DNA from: an uncultured Phycisphaerales bacterium
GTDB lineage: Bacteria > Planctomycetota > Phycisphaerae > Tepidisphaerales > Tepidisphaeraceae
NCBI GenBank assembly: GCA_963755915.1
Contig: CAVWLP010000002.1
Coordinates: 544,001 to 608,000, forward strand
DNA: 64,000 nucleotides
Direction: 5' to 3'
Part shown: one piece after another, positions 1 to 10,083 of the stretch
Layout of the letters: each line of letters begins with the position of its first letter
Position numbering within the stretch: position 1 is the first letter of the stretch
Notes under the pieces: generated by a model
Database searches by the model: none
Told to the model about the DNA's origin: nothing
The model's input: only the letters and a program-made list of their open reading frames with translations
Program-made: the position numbers and the translations under genes

Positions 1-1608
1 CTGGGCCATCAGGGCGTCGGCGTAGTGGACGCGGGCTTCGGCGTAGCCGGGGTCGAGGGAGAGGGCTTGTTGGTACCAGGCGATGGCGTCGTCGATTTTG
101 TTTTCGCGCATGAGGAGCATTCCCATGCTGTTCATGGCGATCGTGAACTGGGGGGCGAGATGAAGGGCCTGTGCGAATTCTGATTGGGCGGCGGGGAGAT
201 CGTTGTCGTATTCTTTGACGATGCCCCACTTCAAATGGGCCAAGGGTTGATCGGGGGCTAGCTGGTATAGACGGGAATAATCGGCGCGGGATTCGGCTCG
301 ATCAGCATCGCGCTGGGAGCGGGGAAGATCGGGGCGGTTGGAGAGGGCGGCGTATTCGTCGCCGAGGTTGCCCCAGGCCATCCAGCTTGTGGGGTTGCGC
401 TGGGTGACATCGGTCCAGAGGACGAGTTGGTTCTGGTAGAGGTAGCCCTGTCGCCAGGTGAGCGTGATCAGGGCGGCGAGGATGAGCGCGCAACCCAGAG
501 GGCGGAGGCGGCGGATGGCGATGGCGGCGAGGACTATAAGGCCGATGCTGGCGTGGTATTGGAAATGGTCGGCGACGAAGGAATAGCGCATGGGGTAGAG
601 GTTGATGAAGCCGAGGGCGGGGAGGAGTGTGCCGGCGAAGAAGAGGACGGCGACGAGGGGGCCGCGGGTGATGCGATTTCGGAGAAGGTAGAGCGCGGCG
701 ATCACGGCGAGGGCGCTTAGGGGGAAGAGAATCAGCCAGGGGCGCTGGTGGAAATTCATTTCGAGCCAGCGGGGGTAGATGAAGATCAACGGGTGGGGCC
801 ACGCGAGCTTTGCGGCGTAGAACCAGAGTGCGCGGCCAGCAATGAGGCAGCGATCGAGCTTTGTGAAGTTCCATTCGGGGCCGGTTGCGCCGACGTGGGC
901 GGCTTCGATGTGGGACGTGACGTAAGCCATCACGGCGCCGAGGGCGAAGAAGGGGATGAGCCGAAGGATGTCGCGAAGTTTTATGCGGCCGTTCTTCCAG
1001 TAGAGGACCAGGAGGATGGCGGCGGGGAGGGAACAGGTGACGGATTTGCTGAGGAGGGCGGCGATGAAGAGTAGTAGCGCGATTAAGTAATCCAAAGCGC
1101 GGGAGCGACTGCGGAAATTCAAATAGGCGTGAAAGGAGAGGAGATAGAAGACGAGCGAGAGGACATTTTTTCGCTCGGTGGGCCAGGCGACGGATTCAAC
1201 CTGCACAGGGTGAAGTGCGAAGATAGCGGCGGCGAGCCAGGGGGCGGGGACGTTGAGGCGGGCGAGGGCACGCCAGAGGAGGACGGAGGCGAGGGCGTGC
1301 AGGAGGATGTTGTCGAGATGGAATAGGAAAGGGTGTAGGCCGGAGAGGTGGTATTCGAGCCAGAAAGTTGTGTGGACGAGGGGGTAATACTGCGGGAGGG
1401 CTGAGGGGTGGATCCAGATGGCGAGGAGTCCGGGCCAGGTGCGGAGGAGGGGATTGCCGGTGATGTACTGGGGGTCATCCCAGATGAAGCCGGCGGTGCG
1501 CAGGACGGGGATATAGGCGATGAGGACGAGGAAGAAGATCGCGGCCGCACGCACGAGATCAGGGGGGGAATCGCCGGGGGTCCAACGTGCGGTGCGGGCG
1601 AGGGTCAT
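1..1608 (-). CDS. TMTC-like membrane glycosyltransferase with C-terminal TPR repeats (runs off the left edge)
   Basis: Manual translation from ATG 1608 gives LIAYIPVLRTAGFIWDDPQYITGNP (WDD motif). The same frame near the edge gives LWTDVTQRNPTSWMAWGNLG and TPR-like AIAWYQQALSLDPGYAEARVHYA. Not in the ORF track, presumably because it has no stop in the window. Confidence 0.8.
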   Translation of the reverse strand, partial: MTLARTARWTPGDSPPDLVRAAAIFFLVLIAYIPVLRTAGFIWDDPQYITGNPLLRTWPGLLAIWIHPSALPQYYPLVHTTFWLEYHLSGLHPFLFHLDNILLHALASVLLWRALARLNVPAPWLAAAIFALHPVQVESVAWPTERKNVLSLVFYLLSFHAYLNFRSRSRALDYLIALLLFIAALLSKSVTCSLPAAILLVLYWKNGRIKLRDILRLIPFFALGAVMAYVTSHIEAAHVGATGPEWNFTKLDRCLIAGRALWFYAAKLAWPHPLIFIYPRWLEMNFHQRPWLILFPLSALAVIAALYLLRNRITRGPLVAVLFFAGTLLPALGFINLYPMRYSFVADHFQYHASIGLIVLAAIAIRRLRPLGCALILAALITLTWRQGYLYQNQLVLWTDVTQRNPTSWMAWGNLGDEYAALSNRPDLPRSQRDADRAESRADYSRLYQLAPDQPLAHLKWGIVKEYDNDLPAAQSEFAQALHLAPQFTIAMNSMGMLLMRENKIDDAIAWYQQALSLDPGYAEARVHYADALMAQ

Positions 1609-1695
1609 TTGAGGGAACTAATATCGCATGAACCCTCGCCCGCTAGTAGAGGTAGAGACGGTCAGAATGTCGCCACTGGACAATTATGTGGGCAT

Positions 1696-1911
1696 TTATG
1701 CCGTGTGGACGAAGGCAAAAATGACGCTGATGACGGCCAGGACGAGGAAGACCCAGAGGAGGGTCTGGCCGATGCCGGCGCTGAGGCCGGCCATTCCGCG
1801 TGCGCCAAGGGCGTAGGCGAGAATAGCGATGATGAAAAAGACCACCGCGAGGGATACCAGCCCCATCGGGAAGACCTGGGCGAGAGTGCCAATTGAGAGT
1901 ATGGTCAGCAT
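1696..1911 (-). CDS. DUF1328/YtjA-like small membrane protein
   Basis: AVVFFIIAILAYALGARGMAGLSAGIGQTLLWVFLVLAVIS pattern; AAGGAG RBS upstream. Confidence 0.8.
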   Translation of the reverse strand: MLTILSIGTLAQVFPMGLVSLAVVFFIIAILAYALGARGMAGLSAGIGQTLLWVFLVLAVISVIFAFVHTA

Positions 1912-2015
1912 AACTTCTCCTTGTTGAGGAACGTTGGAAGGAGATATGCAATGGGCGTGCCGCGCTGCGCGAGAGAGTGGAGATGTAGAAAGTAGAAAGA
2001 GGGGAAGGGGAAAAA

Positions 2016-2750
2016 CTACCTCTGTATTGTGGGCCAGAGGGCGGCGGTGCAGAGCTTGTGACCGATGCGGTCGAGGATTTCGACGCTGCGTACCTGGCGG
2101 AAGCCGGCGAGAACTTCCCTTGTGGCGAGGAGGGTTTCAAAGAGCTCGAGATCTTTGTCGAGGACGTCGCGGGATTCGTTGAAGACGATGAGGAGGAGTG
2201 CGGCTTCGAAGATGCGCGGTTCGGCGTCCATTTTTTGGAGGTCGGCGACGACGGCGTTGCGCCATTGGGAGCCGTAGCCGTGGTGGCGGACGCCGCCCTC
2301 GCGAAACTGGTAGGCGATTTTTACTTCGAGCCAAAGGGCTTCTTCGGGCGTGGCGAGATTTGTCGGATCGAAGAGCGTGGGGGGAGCGGAGTCGAGGCGA
2401 AGGGGGCGGCCCAGGGGAGTCAGGACCATGTCGCAGCGCTGGCGGTGGGAGAGTTTTTTGCCGATCGTGGAGGGGTAGTGGATTTCGCGAGCGACCTGGT
2501 AATGCGTGGCGAGGCGCTCGGCGAGGAGGGATTGGAGCTGGCGCTCGTCGCGGACGTCGAGGCCGTAGACGGCCTGTTCGAGGCGGAGCTCGCTTTCGGC
2601 GGTTAAGAGAATTTTGTGGAGGCGGTCGATGAGATCGAGGAGATCCCAGCGCGGATGGCGGAGGGGCTCAGAAGAAGATTCGACAGGTGATAATGGAGAT
2701 GAGTAATCCAAGTGCGGTTCCGGCAAGCACATCGCTGGGCCAGTGGGCAT
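2016..2750 (-). CDS. hypothetical protein, possible PD-(D/E)XK-fold (start uncertain)
   Basis: ERQLQSLLAERL...VAREIHYP...RCDMVL...LWLEVK resembles the E..D..ExK nuclease signature. Confidence 0.55.
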   Translation of the reverse strand: MPTGPAMCLPEPHLDYSSPLSPVESSSEPLRHPRWDLLDLIDRLHKILLTAESELRLEQAVYGLDVRDERQLQSLLAERLATHYQVAREIHYPSTIGKKLSHRQRCDMVLTPLGRPLRLDSAPPTLFDPTNLATPEEALWLEVKIAYQFREGGVRHHGYGSQWRNAVVADLQKMDAEPRIFEAALLLIVFNESRDVLDKDLELFETLLATREVLAGFRQVRSVEILDRIGHKLCTAALWPTIQR

Positions 2751-3306
2751 CCATGATATAGCGAAGGACGGCGCAAAGGATGGCCAATCCCCAGAAAGTT
2801 GGGGCGCCGGCGGGATAAGCGGCGGCGAGGATGCCGGCGTAGGCCATGGCGCCGGCGCTATGGCTGGAGGGAAAACTTTCGCGATAGTTGGCGTGTCGGA
2901 AGGAGGGTCCGAGCCATTTGCCGGCGTGCTCGCTGCGCGGGCGGGCGCGGCCGAGGAGGCGTTTGGTAACGGTGGCGATAATCGTCGTGCCTATCACGGA
3001 CGTCCAGAGCGCTTCGCAGATTCGAAAGCCGTGGGCCTTGTCGATCTGCCAAATGAGAAGCGCGGTGATGAAGGTGCAGACGAGCTGGCCGTATTGGGCG
3101 ACGAAACGGGATTCCCGTTTGACGTCGCCCTTGAAGGAGAGGGTAAGGGTAGTCCGCAGACCGGTGCGTTCCAGGAACATCATGCCTGCGCTGGCGAGGG
3201 AGAGGGTCACGACGATGAGGATCGGGAGCATTTGTGAGGGGAAAAGTACGGGGTGAATGGGGTTAGGTAAAGGGGCTGGGGATTTGGCGTTCGACGTTTG
3301 GGCCAT
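2668..3306 (-). CDS. PAP2-family membrane phosphatase (start probably internal, MLPILIVV)
   Basis: KRLLGRARP, SFPSSH and RYIMDAHWPSDVLAG are the three PAP2 motifs. Confidence 0.88.
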   Translation of the reverse strand: MAQTSNAKSPAPLPNPIHPVLFPSQMLPILIVVTLSLASAGMMFLERTGLRTTLTLSFKGDVKRESRFVAQYGQLVCTFITALLIWQIDKAHGFRICEALWTSVIGTTIIATVTKRLLGRARPRSEHAGKWLGPSFRHANYRESFPSSHSAGAMAYAGILAAAYPAGAPTFWGLAILCAVLRYIMDAHWPSDVLAGTALGLLISIITCRIFF

Positions 3307-3321
3307 TACCTTTTGCGGGCA

Positions 3322-4974
3322 ATGGCGCGGTCGGTGCGGTTTTGGAAAATCTTTGGCTTAATTCTGATTGGGGCGGGGTTGATCTATTTTGCGGGGGCGC
3401 AGCGGGTGCCGCTGTGGGATCGGGATGAGCCCTGGTATGCGCAGTGTTCGCGGGAGATGCTTCAGAGCGGGGACTGGGTGGTGCCGAGATTTTTAGGGGA
3501 ATGGCGGGCGGAAAAGCCGCCGATGATTTACTGGTGCCAGGCGGCGGTGATGGCGGTGGCGGGGGATACCGGGGAGGCGGCACGATTTCCCTCGACGGTG
3601 GCGGTGCTTTTGACGGCGCTGCTGCTTGGGGTGGTGGTTCGGAAATTTACCGGGGATTTGCGGGCGATCTGGACAGTGGTGATTTTCTGCACGTGTGGGC
3701 TGGTCGTGGCGGGGGCGAAATTCTGCATCACGGATGGGGTGCTGCTGTTTTTTATTTTCGTGGGACAGGCGGCGATGGCGGTGATGTATTGGGCGGCCAG
3801 AGCCGGCAGGCGTGGGCCGGGGTGGGCGGCGCCGGTGTTTTGGATTGCGCTGGGGGTGGGGGGAATTACCAAGGGGCCGCAGGCGCTGGGGATGTATGCT
3901 TTTACGCTGGCGATTTTGCTGGTGCTGGAGGGGAAGAATTGGAAGAGGGGATTTCGGTGGTGGCGGGAGTTTAAGCCGGTGATCGGGTTGCCGATTCTGG
4001 CGATTGTGGTTTTGCCGTGGCTGGTGATGGTGCACGAGCGGGCGCCGGAGTTCATTTCGACGCTGTTTTTGAAGGCGAAGCTGCATGCGTCGCAGAGCAT
4101 GGAGGGGCATGGGAAGCCGCCGGGGTATCACACGATTTTGATCTTCGGGACGTTTTATCCGTGGAGTCTGCTGCTGCCGACGATGGTGGTGACGGCGTGG
4201 AAGCATCGGCGGACGCCGATGATTAGGTTTGCGATCGCGTCGGTGGCGGGGCCGTGGCTGATGATGGAGCTGGTGTATACGAAGTTGCCGTTTTATGTGC
4301 TGCCGGCGTTTCCGGGGCTGGCGTTTTTGACGGCGGACGCCGTTGTCCGATGCATTCGGAATAAGGGGCGGGATCTGCGCAATGGCGGGTTTGTTGCGAT
4401 GCTGACGGTGTGGGCGCTGGCGACGGTAGGGCTGGGGATTGTGCCATGGGTGTCGCTGGCGGCGGTGAAGGCGGATCAGCTTCCGATTCAGCAGTTTGTG
4501 GTTTTTGGGGTGGCGGCGGTGGTTTATGCGGGGGTGGTATTTTTGCGATTTTTACAGGGGAACGTGATGCGGGCGGCGGTGGCGATGGCGGGGGGAATGG
4601 GGATCATGATGCTGTTTCTTTATACGGCCCTGTTTCCGAGGATGAGCTTTCTGCATCTTTCGCAGCGGCTGGCGGAAGATTTGACGCAGTTGGGGGCTTA
4701 TGGGGCGGACGTACATGTGGCGATGATCGGATATGACGAGCCGAGTTTGGCGTTTTATCAGGGGGGAGGGGCGAGGAAGTATGATGTTTACTATCTGGAG
4801 ATTATGCCTCGCAGCCAGTGGCCGAAGTGGCTGGTGATTGCAGATGATGAGGGTGACTGGGGACAGTTATCGGAGCGATTGCGAGGCGAGCTGGAGCTTC
4901 GCGAGGTGGAAACGGGGCTGGATTATTCGCGTGGGGGGAAGATGGTGCGGGTGCTGATTCTGGAGAGTCGATAA
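3322..4974 (+). CDS. ArnT/PMT-family (GT-C) membrane glycosyltransferase
   Basis: LWDRDEPWYAQCSREM, EKPPMIYW, TKGP, TKLPFYVLP; many TM segments. Confidence 0.88.
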   Translation: MARSVRFWKIFGLILIGAGLIYFAGAQRVPLWDRDEPWYAQCSREMLQSGDWVVPRFLGEWRAEKPPMIYWCQAAVMAVAGDTGEAARFPSTVAVLLTALLLGVVVRKFTGDLRAIWTVVIFCTCGLVVAGAKFCITDGVLLFFIFVGQAAMAVMYWAARAGRRGPGWAAPVFWIALGVGGITKGPQALGMYAFTLAILLVLEGKNWKRGFRWWREFKPVIGLPILAIVVLPWLVMVHERAPEFISTLFLKAKLHASQSMEGHGKPPGYHTILIFGTFYPWSLLLPTMVVTAWKHRRTPMIRFAIASVAGPWLMMELVYTKLPFYVLPAFPGLAFLTADAVVRCIRNKGRDLRNGGFVAMLTVWALATVGLGIVPWVSLAAVKADQLPIQQFVVFGVAAVVYAGVVFLRFLQGNVMRAAVAMAGGMGIMMLFLYTALFPRMSFLHLSQRLAEDLTQLGAYGADVHVAMIGYDEPSLAFYQGGGARKYDVYYLEIMPRSQWPKWLVIADDEGDWGQLSERLRGELELREVETGLDYSRGGKMVRVLILESR

Positions 4975-5051
4975 GGGGCGAATTAGCAGAGATTAAGGGA
5001 ATGGTTAGGGGGGTCGCGACGAATATAAAGATCGTTATACTTGCGATTGAA

Positions 5052-6152
5052 ATGAGCGAGCCGCGGAAAATTCTCGTGGTGCAGCCGAGCTGGGTGGGGG
5101 ATGCGGTGATGGCGACGCCGGCGCTTCGGGCGATTCGCGAGCAATTTCCTCAGGCGCATATCGCGTACATGATGAAGCGGTATGTGAAGCCGATTTATAC
5201 GGGGCTGCCGTGGGCGGATCAGTTGATTACCTACCGGTCGGGGAAGACGGAAAAGAAGGCGGGGAAGGGGCTGTTTGATCTGGCGAGAAGGTTGCGCGGG
5301 GCGAAGTTTGATCTGGCGATTATTCTGCCGAACTCTTTTCAGACGGCGCTGATCTGCAAGATGGCCAATATTCCCCGGGTGGTGGGGTATGACCGGGACG
5401 GGCGGGGATTTTTGCTGTCGGACAAGCTGCTGCCGCGGAAGGAAAAGGGGAAATTTGTTCCGACGCCGATTTTAAAGACATATTTGGGGCTGGCGCATTA
5501 TCTGGGGAGCCAGGGGCGGGACCTTTCGATGAAGCTGTTTGTGACGGAGTCAGAGAAGCGGGAAGCCAGCGCGGTTTTGGAATCGGCGGGGTTGGCGGGG
5601 GATTTGGAACGGCCGGCGGCAGCGGGGAAGGCGCCGCTGATATTTATGAATCCGGGGGCGCAGTTTGGGTCGGCGAAATGCTGGCTGCCGGAATATTTCG
5701 CGGCATTGTCGGACCGGCTGATCGAGGAGCTGGGGGCGACGGTTTTGCTGAGCGGGGCACCGCGGGAGAGGCGGATCGTGGAGACGATCTATCGGCTGAT
5801 GAAGCATGCGCCGGTGGATCTGCTGGCGAAGGGGTCGACGCTGGGATCGCTGAAGGAGATCGTGCGACGGTGCGATTTGATGATTACGAATGATACGGGC
5901 CCGCGGCATATTGCTGCGGCGTTTGATGTGCCGGTGATTACGCTCTTTGGGCCGACGCATCCGGAGTGGACGGAAATTTATTTCCCGAAGGAGCGGAAGC
6001 TGGCGGTGAAGGTTTTCTGCGGGCCGTGCCAGAAGAAGACTTGTCCGCTGGATCATCGGTGCATGACAAGGCTGACGCCGGAGATGGTGTTTGAGGCGGC
6101 GGTGGGGATGTTGGGGCAGAAGGGGGCAGCGCCGGCGGTGCCGGTCGTTTAG
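5052..6152 (+). CDS. waaF: lipopolysaccharide heptosyltransferase II (GT9)
   Basis: PSWVGDAVMATP, NPGAQFGSAKCW, ITNDTGPRHIAAAF, LFGPT. Confidence 0.88.
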   Translation: MSEPRKILVVQPSWVGDAVMATPALRAIREQFPQAHIAYMMKRYVKPIYTGLPWADQLITYRSGKTEKKAGKGLFDLARRLRGAKFDLAIILPNSFQTALICKMANIPRVVGYDRDGRGFLLSDKLLPRKEKGKFVPTPILKTYLGLAHYLGSQGRDLSMKLFVTESEKREASAVLESAGLAGDLERPAAAGKAPLIFMNPGAQFGSAKCWLPEYFAALSDRLIEELGATVLLSGAPRERRIVETIYRLMKHAPVDLLAKGSTLGSLKEIVRRCDLMITNDTGPRHIAAAFDVPVITLFGPTHPEWTEIYFPKERKLAVKVFCGPCQKKTCPLDHRCMTRLTPEMVFEAAVGMLGQKGAAPAVPVV

Positions 6153-6160
6153 CGAGAAAT

Positions 6161-6252
6161 CCGAAACCAGAATCAAACCAGAATGACGAATGACTAAATG
6201 GTTATCATTTGGTCATTCGTCATTTAGATTTGATTCGGGATTCTGGTTTCGG
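6161..6252. repeat. long imperfect intergenic palindrome built from short units
   Basis: CCGAAACCAGAATC...AATGACGAATGACTAAATG-GTTAT-CATTTGGTCATTCGTCATT...GATTCTGGTTTCGG. Confidence 0.75.
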
Positions 6253-6304
6253 GCTTCTGGTTTCGCGCGGTTGCCTTCGCATCAAATGAGTCTAAAATCC
6301 GCGA

Positions 6305-9117
6305 ATGATCTACCGTATAGACGTTCGTGCGCGGAGGGGGCGGGCGATCCGCTGGGGGAATCGATTCGGCAGCAGATTCGGGAGATGGGGAAAAATGTGG
6401 AGTCGGTGCGGACTGCGCGGATTTTTTTGCTGGATACGGATGCGGATCTCGCGGCGGTGCGGCGGATCGCGGAGGAACTGCTGGGGGACCCGGTGGTGGA
6501 ATCGGCTAAGGTTTTTCAGGGTGGGACGAACGGGCAGGCGGGGAGCCGGATTGAAGTGCATCTGAAGCCGGGAGTGATGGACCCGGTGGCGGCGAGCACG
6601 GAAATGGCAGTGCGCGATCTGGGGATCGAAGTGCGGCAGGTGCGGACGGGGCGGGCGTGTTTGATTTCGCCGCAGATGAAAATCGAGGAGCTGCGGGAGA
6701 TCGCGGGACGGGTGCTGGCCAATGGGGTGATTGAGACGGTTTGTTTTGAGCCCTTTGTGCCGAAGGAATTTGAGACGGGGCGGGCGAGCGCGTTTGAGAT
6801 TCGGCGGGTGAGTGTTCGGGAGCTTTCGGAGGCGCAGCTTGCGAAGCTGAGCCGGGAGGGGCATCTATTTCTATCGATAGCGGAGATGAAGGCGATTCAG
6901 GAATATTTTCGTGGCCAGGGGCGGGAGCCTACGGATATTGAGTTGGAGACGCTGGCGCAGACGTGGAGCGAGCACTGCGTACACAAGACGCTGAAGAGCG
7001 GCGTGGATGTGGAAGTGAGGGATGAGAGCGGGAAGCGGGTGGGGAGCCGGAAATATTCGAACCTGATCAAGGAGACGATTTTCGCGAGCACGATGGAGAT
7101 TATGAAACGCGACGGCGGGGAGCCGTTTTGTCTCTCCGTGTTTACGGACAATGCGGGGGTGGTGGCGTTTGATGAGGAGGATGCGATTTGCTTTAAGGCG
7201 GAGACGCATAACCATCCCAGCGCGATTGAGCCGTATGGGGGGAGCGCGACGGGGGCGGGGGGCGTGATTCGGGATGTGCTGGGGACGGGGCTGGCGGCGC
7301 GGCCGGTGGCGAATACGGATGTGTTTTGCGTGGCGTTTGCGGATGGGAAGCGTGGCGCGCTGCCGAAGGGGATCATTCATCCGCGGCGGATTTTGCAGCA
7401 GGTGGTAGCGGGCGTGCGCGATTATGGGAATCGGATGGGGATTCCGACCGTGAACGGGGCGGTTTATTTTGACGAGCGATATTTGGGAAATCCGCTGGTG
7501 TTTTGCGGGTGCGTGGGGCTGATTCCGCGGGATAAGATTCGCAAGGCGGCGAAGAGCGGGGATGCGATTGTGCTATTGGGGGGACGAACGGGGCGGGATG
7601 GGATTCATGGGGCGACTTTTTCCAGCGCGGAATTGACGCATACGCATGCGGACGAGTTTTCGCATGCGGTGCAGATTGGGAATGCGATCACGGAAAAGAA
7701 GATGGCGGATGTGATTTTGGCGGCGCGGGATCGGGGGCTGTTTAATGCGATCACGGATTGCGGGGCGGGTGGGCTTTCTTCGGCCGTGGGGGAGATGGGG
7801 GAGAAGACGGGGGCGGTCGTTGAACTGGAGAAGGTGCCGCTGAAGTATGCGGGGTTGCGGTATGACGAGATCTGGATCAGCGAGGCGCAGGAGCGAATGG
7901 TGCTGGCGGCGGCAGCGGAAAATGTAGACGAACTTTTAGAGATGGCGCGTGAGGAGGATGTTGAGGCGACGGTGATTGGGAGATTTGGGACGGAGAATCA
8001 AGAACTGATTCTGAATTATGGGGGGCGGGAAGTTGGGCGGATGTCGATGGATTTTGTGCATGGGGGGATTCCGATGCCGGTGCGGAAGGCGGTGGTGAGT
8101 TCCCAGGGACATTCCGCCGGTGGGGACACCGGCGGCACTGGGGACGGGAATTTTCGTCTGGAGACGGCGTTGCTGGAGGCGCTGGCGCATCCGAATATTG
8201 CGAGTAAGCATTGGGTGATCCGGCAATACGACCACGAGGTGCAGGGTGGGTCGGTGGTGAAGCCGCTGGTGGGGCCTGGGCAGGTGGGGCCTTCGGATGC
8301 GGCGGTGTTGAGGCCCAAGCTTTCGAGCGGGAAGGGAATAGCACTTGCGTGCGGGATGTGTCCGCAGATTGAAGATGCGTACGAGATGGCGGTGGCGTCG
8401 ATCGACGAGGCGATTCGGAATGTGGTGGCGGTCGGGGCGGATCCGGATCGGGTGGCGATTCTCGATAATTTTTGCTGGCCCAGCGTGGAGGATGAGATCA
8501 CGATGGGGACGCTGGTGCGGGCGTGCGAGGCTTGCCGGGATGCGGCGCTGGCGTTTGGGATTCCGTTCATCAGCGGGAAGGATTCGCTGAATAATCAGTT
8601 CACCAATGGGGAAACCGGCGAAGTGATACGGATTCCGCGGACGCTGCTGATCAGCGCGATCGGGATTCTGGAGGATGTGCGGAAGTGCGTCACGATGGAT
8701 TTTAAGGGGGCGGGGAATCGGGTGATGCTCGTCGCGGCGAAGGATCCGGCGGATTTGACGGCGCTGGGGAAACTGCATCGGGGGATGGCGCGGTTGATTG
8801 GTTCGGGGAAAGTCGCCGCGTGCCATGATGTGAGCGATGGAGGGATCGCGGTGGCGGCGGCGGAGATGTGCATCGGGTCGGGGATGGGATTGGCGGTTAT
8901 GCCGGGAATATTTGCCGGCGAGACGGCGCTGGCGGAGAGTCCTGGGCGGTATATCGTGGAGCTGCGAGGCGGGGATTCGATTTCGGCGGAATTTTCGGAG
9001 GTGGCGAACGTGACTGAACTGGGCGCGGTTCAGGCGGCGCCTGTGCTGGAGTTTGACGGCGTAAAGCTGGGGGTCGATCAATTAACCGCGGCATGGCGCG
9101 GAACACTGGACTGGTGA
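6305..9117 (+). CDS. purL: phosphoribosylformylglycinamidine synthase subunit PurL with N-terminal PurS-like region; frameshift near 6330
   Basis: QTWSEHCVHK, KAETHNHPSAIEPYGG, RDGIHGA, DCGAGGLS, SEAQERM, HDVSDGG. The likely true N-terminus MIYRIDVRA (ATG 6305) is out of frame with EGAGDPLG. Confidence 0.92.
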
Positions 9118-9121
9118 AATT

Positions 9122-9985
9122 ATGAGCGACCGCTTTGTACTGGTGACGGGCAGCAGCACCGGGATCGGCAAGGCATGCGCGATGTATCTGTCCCGCAATG
9201 GGTTCGTGCCGATCGCGGGGGTGAGGCGGGAGGAGGATGCAAAAAAGCTGGAGCTGATCGCGGGCGACAAGGTGCGATGGGTGATCCTCGATGTCACGAG
9301 TTCGGAATCGATCAACGCGGCGGCGAAAAAGATTGAGGAAATCTGCGGGGACGCTGGATTGTGCGGAGTGGTGAACAACGCGGGAATCGGCGTGCATGGG
9401 CCGGTGGAATTTGTTCCGATGGAGGATTGGCGGAAGCAGTTTGACGTGAACGTTTTCGGTCAGGTGATGGTGACGCAGGCGATGCTGCCGCTGGTTCGGA
9501 AATATGTTTCGTCGAATGGATATGGGTCGGGGCGGATTATTTTTATCGGGTCGATCGCCGGGCGGGTGTCGATGCCAATCATGGCGCCTTACTGCGCTTC
9601 GAAGCATGCGATTGCGGCAATCGCGGGCTCACTGCGGATCGAGCTGGCGGGGCAGGGGATTTATGTGAGCCTGATTGAGCCGGGGGCGATTCAGTCGGAG
9701 ATCTGGCGCAAAGGGGAGGAATTTTCGGAGACCATTCCGCCGGATGCGCCGGCGCGGGTGAATTATGGGCCGATGATCGATGCGGTGATCGGAACGTCGC
9801 AGAAGTCGGCGGCGGGGGCGATTCCGGCGGAGGCGGTGGCGAAGGTGGTTGAGCGGTGCCTGACGGCGGAGAAACCACCGAAGCGGAAACTGGTTGGGAA
9901 CGACGCGGTGATGGCGGCGATTGCGAGGCGATTTTTGCCGGAGGGGTGGTTTGAGGGGATGCTTCGGAAGGCGATCAAGGTTTAA
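9122..9985 (+). CDS. short-chain dehydrogenase/reductase
   Basis: TGSSTGIG, NNAG, YCASK. Confidence 0.9.
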   Translation: MSDRFVLVTGSSTGIGKACAMYLSRNGFVPIAGVRREEDAKKLELIAGDKVRWVILDVTSSESINAAAKKIEEICGDAGLCGVVNNAGIGVHGPVEFVPMEDWRKQFDVNVFGQVMVTQAMLPLVRKYVSSNGYGSGRIIFIGSIAGRVSMPIMAPYCASKHAIAAIAGSLRIELAGQGIYVSLIEPGAIQSEIWRKGEEFSETIPPDAPARVNYGPMIDAVIGTSQKSAAGAIPAEAVAKVVERCLTAEKPPKRKLVGNDAVMAAIARRFLPEGWFEGMLRKAIKV

Positions 9986-10083
9986 GTGGTTTTTGCCGGG
10001 GATGCGAGCAGAAATACTTTGAATCGTGGGACTGCGGGCGATAAAATGACGGCCGTAGGGCGGTTGCTTAAGGGAGGCTCAAA

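Noticed and set aside
6190-6304. N-terminal extension of PurL from ATG 6190
   Set aside because: It translates the intergenic palindrome; the plausible start is 6305 with a downstream frameshift.
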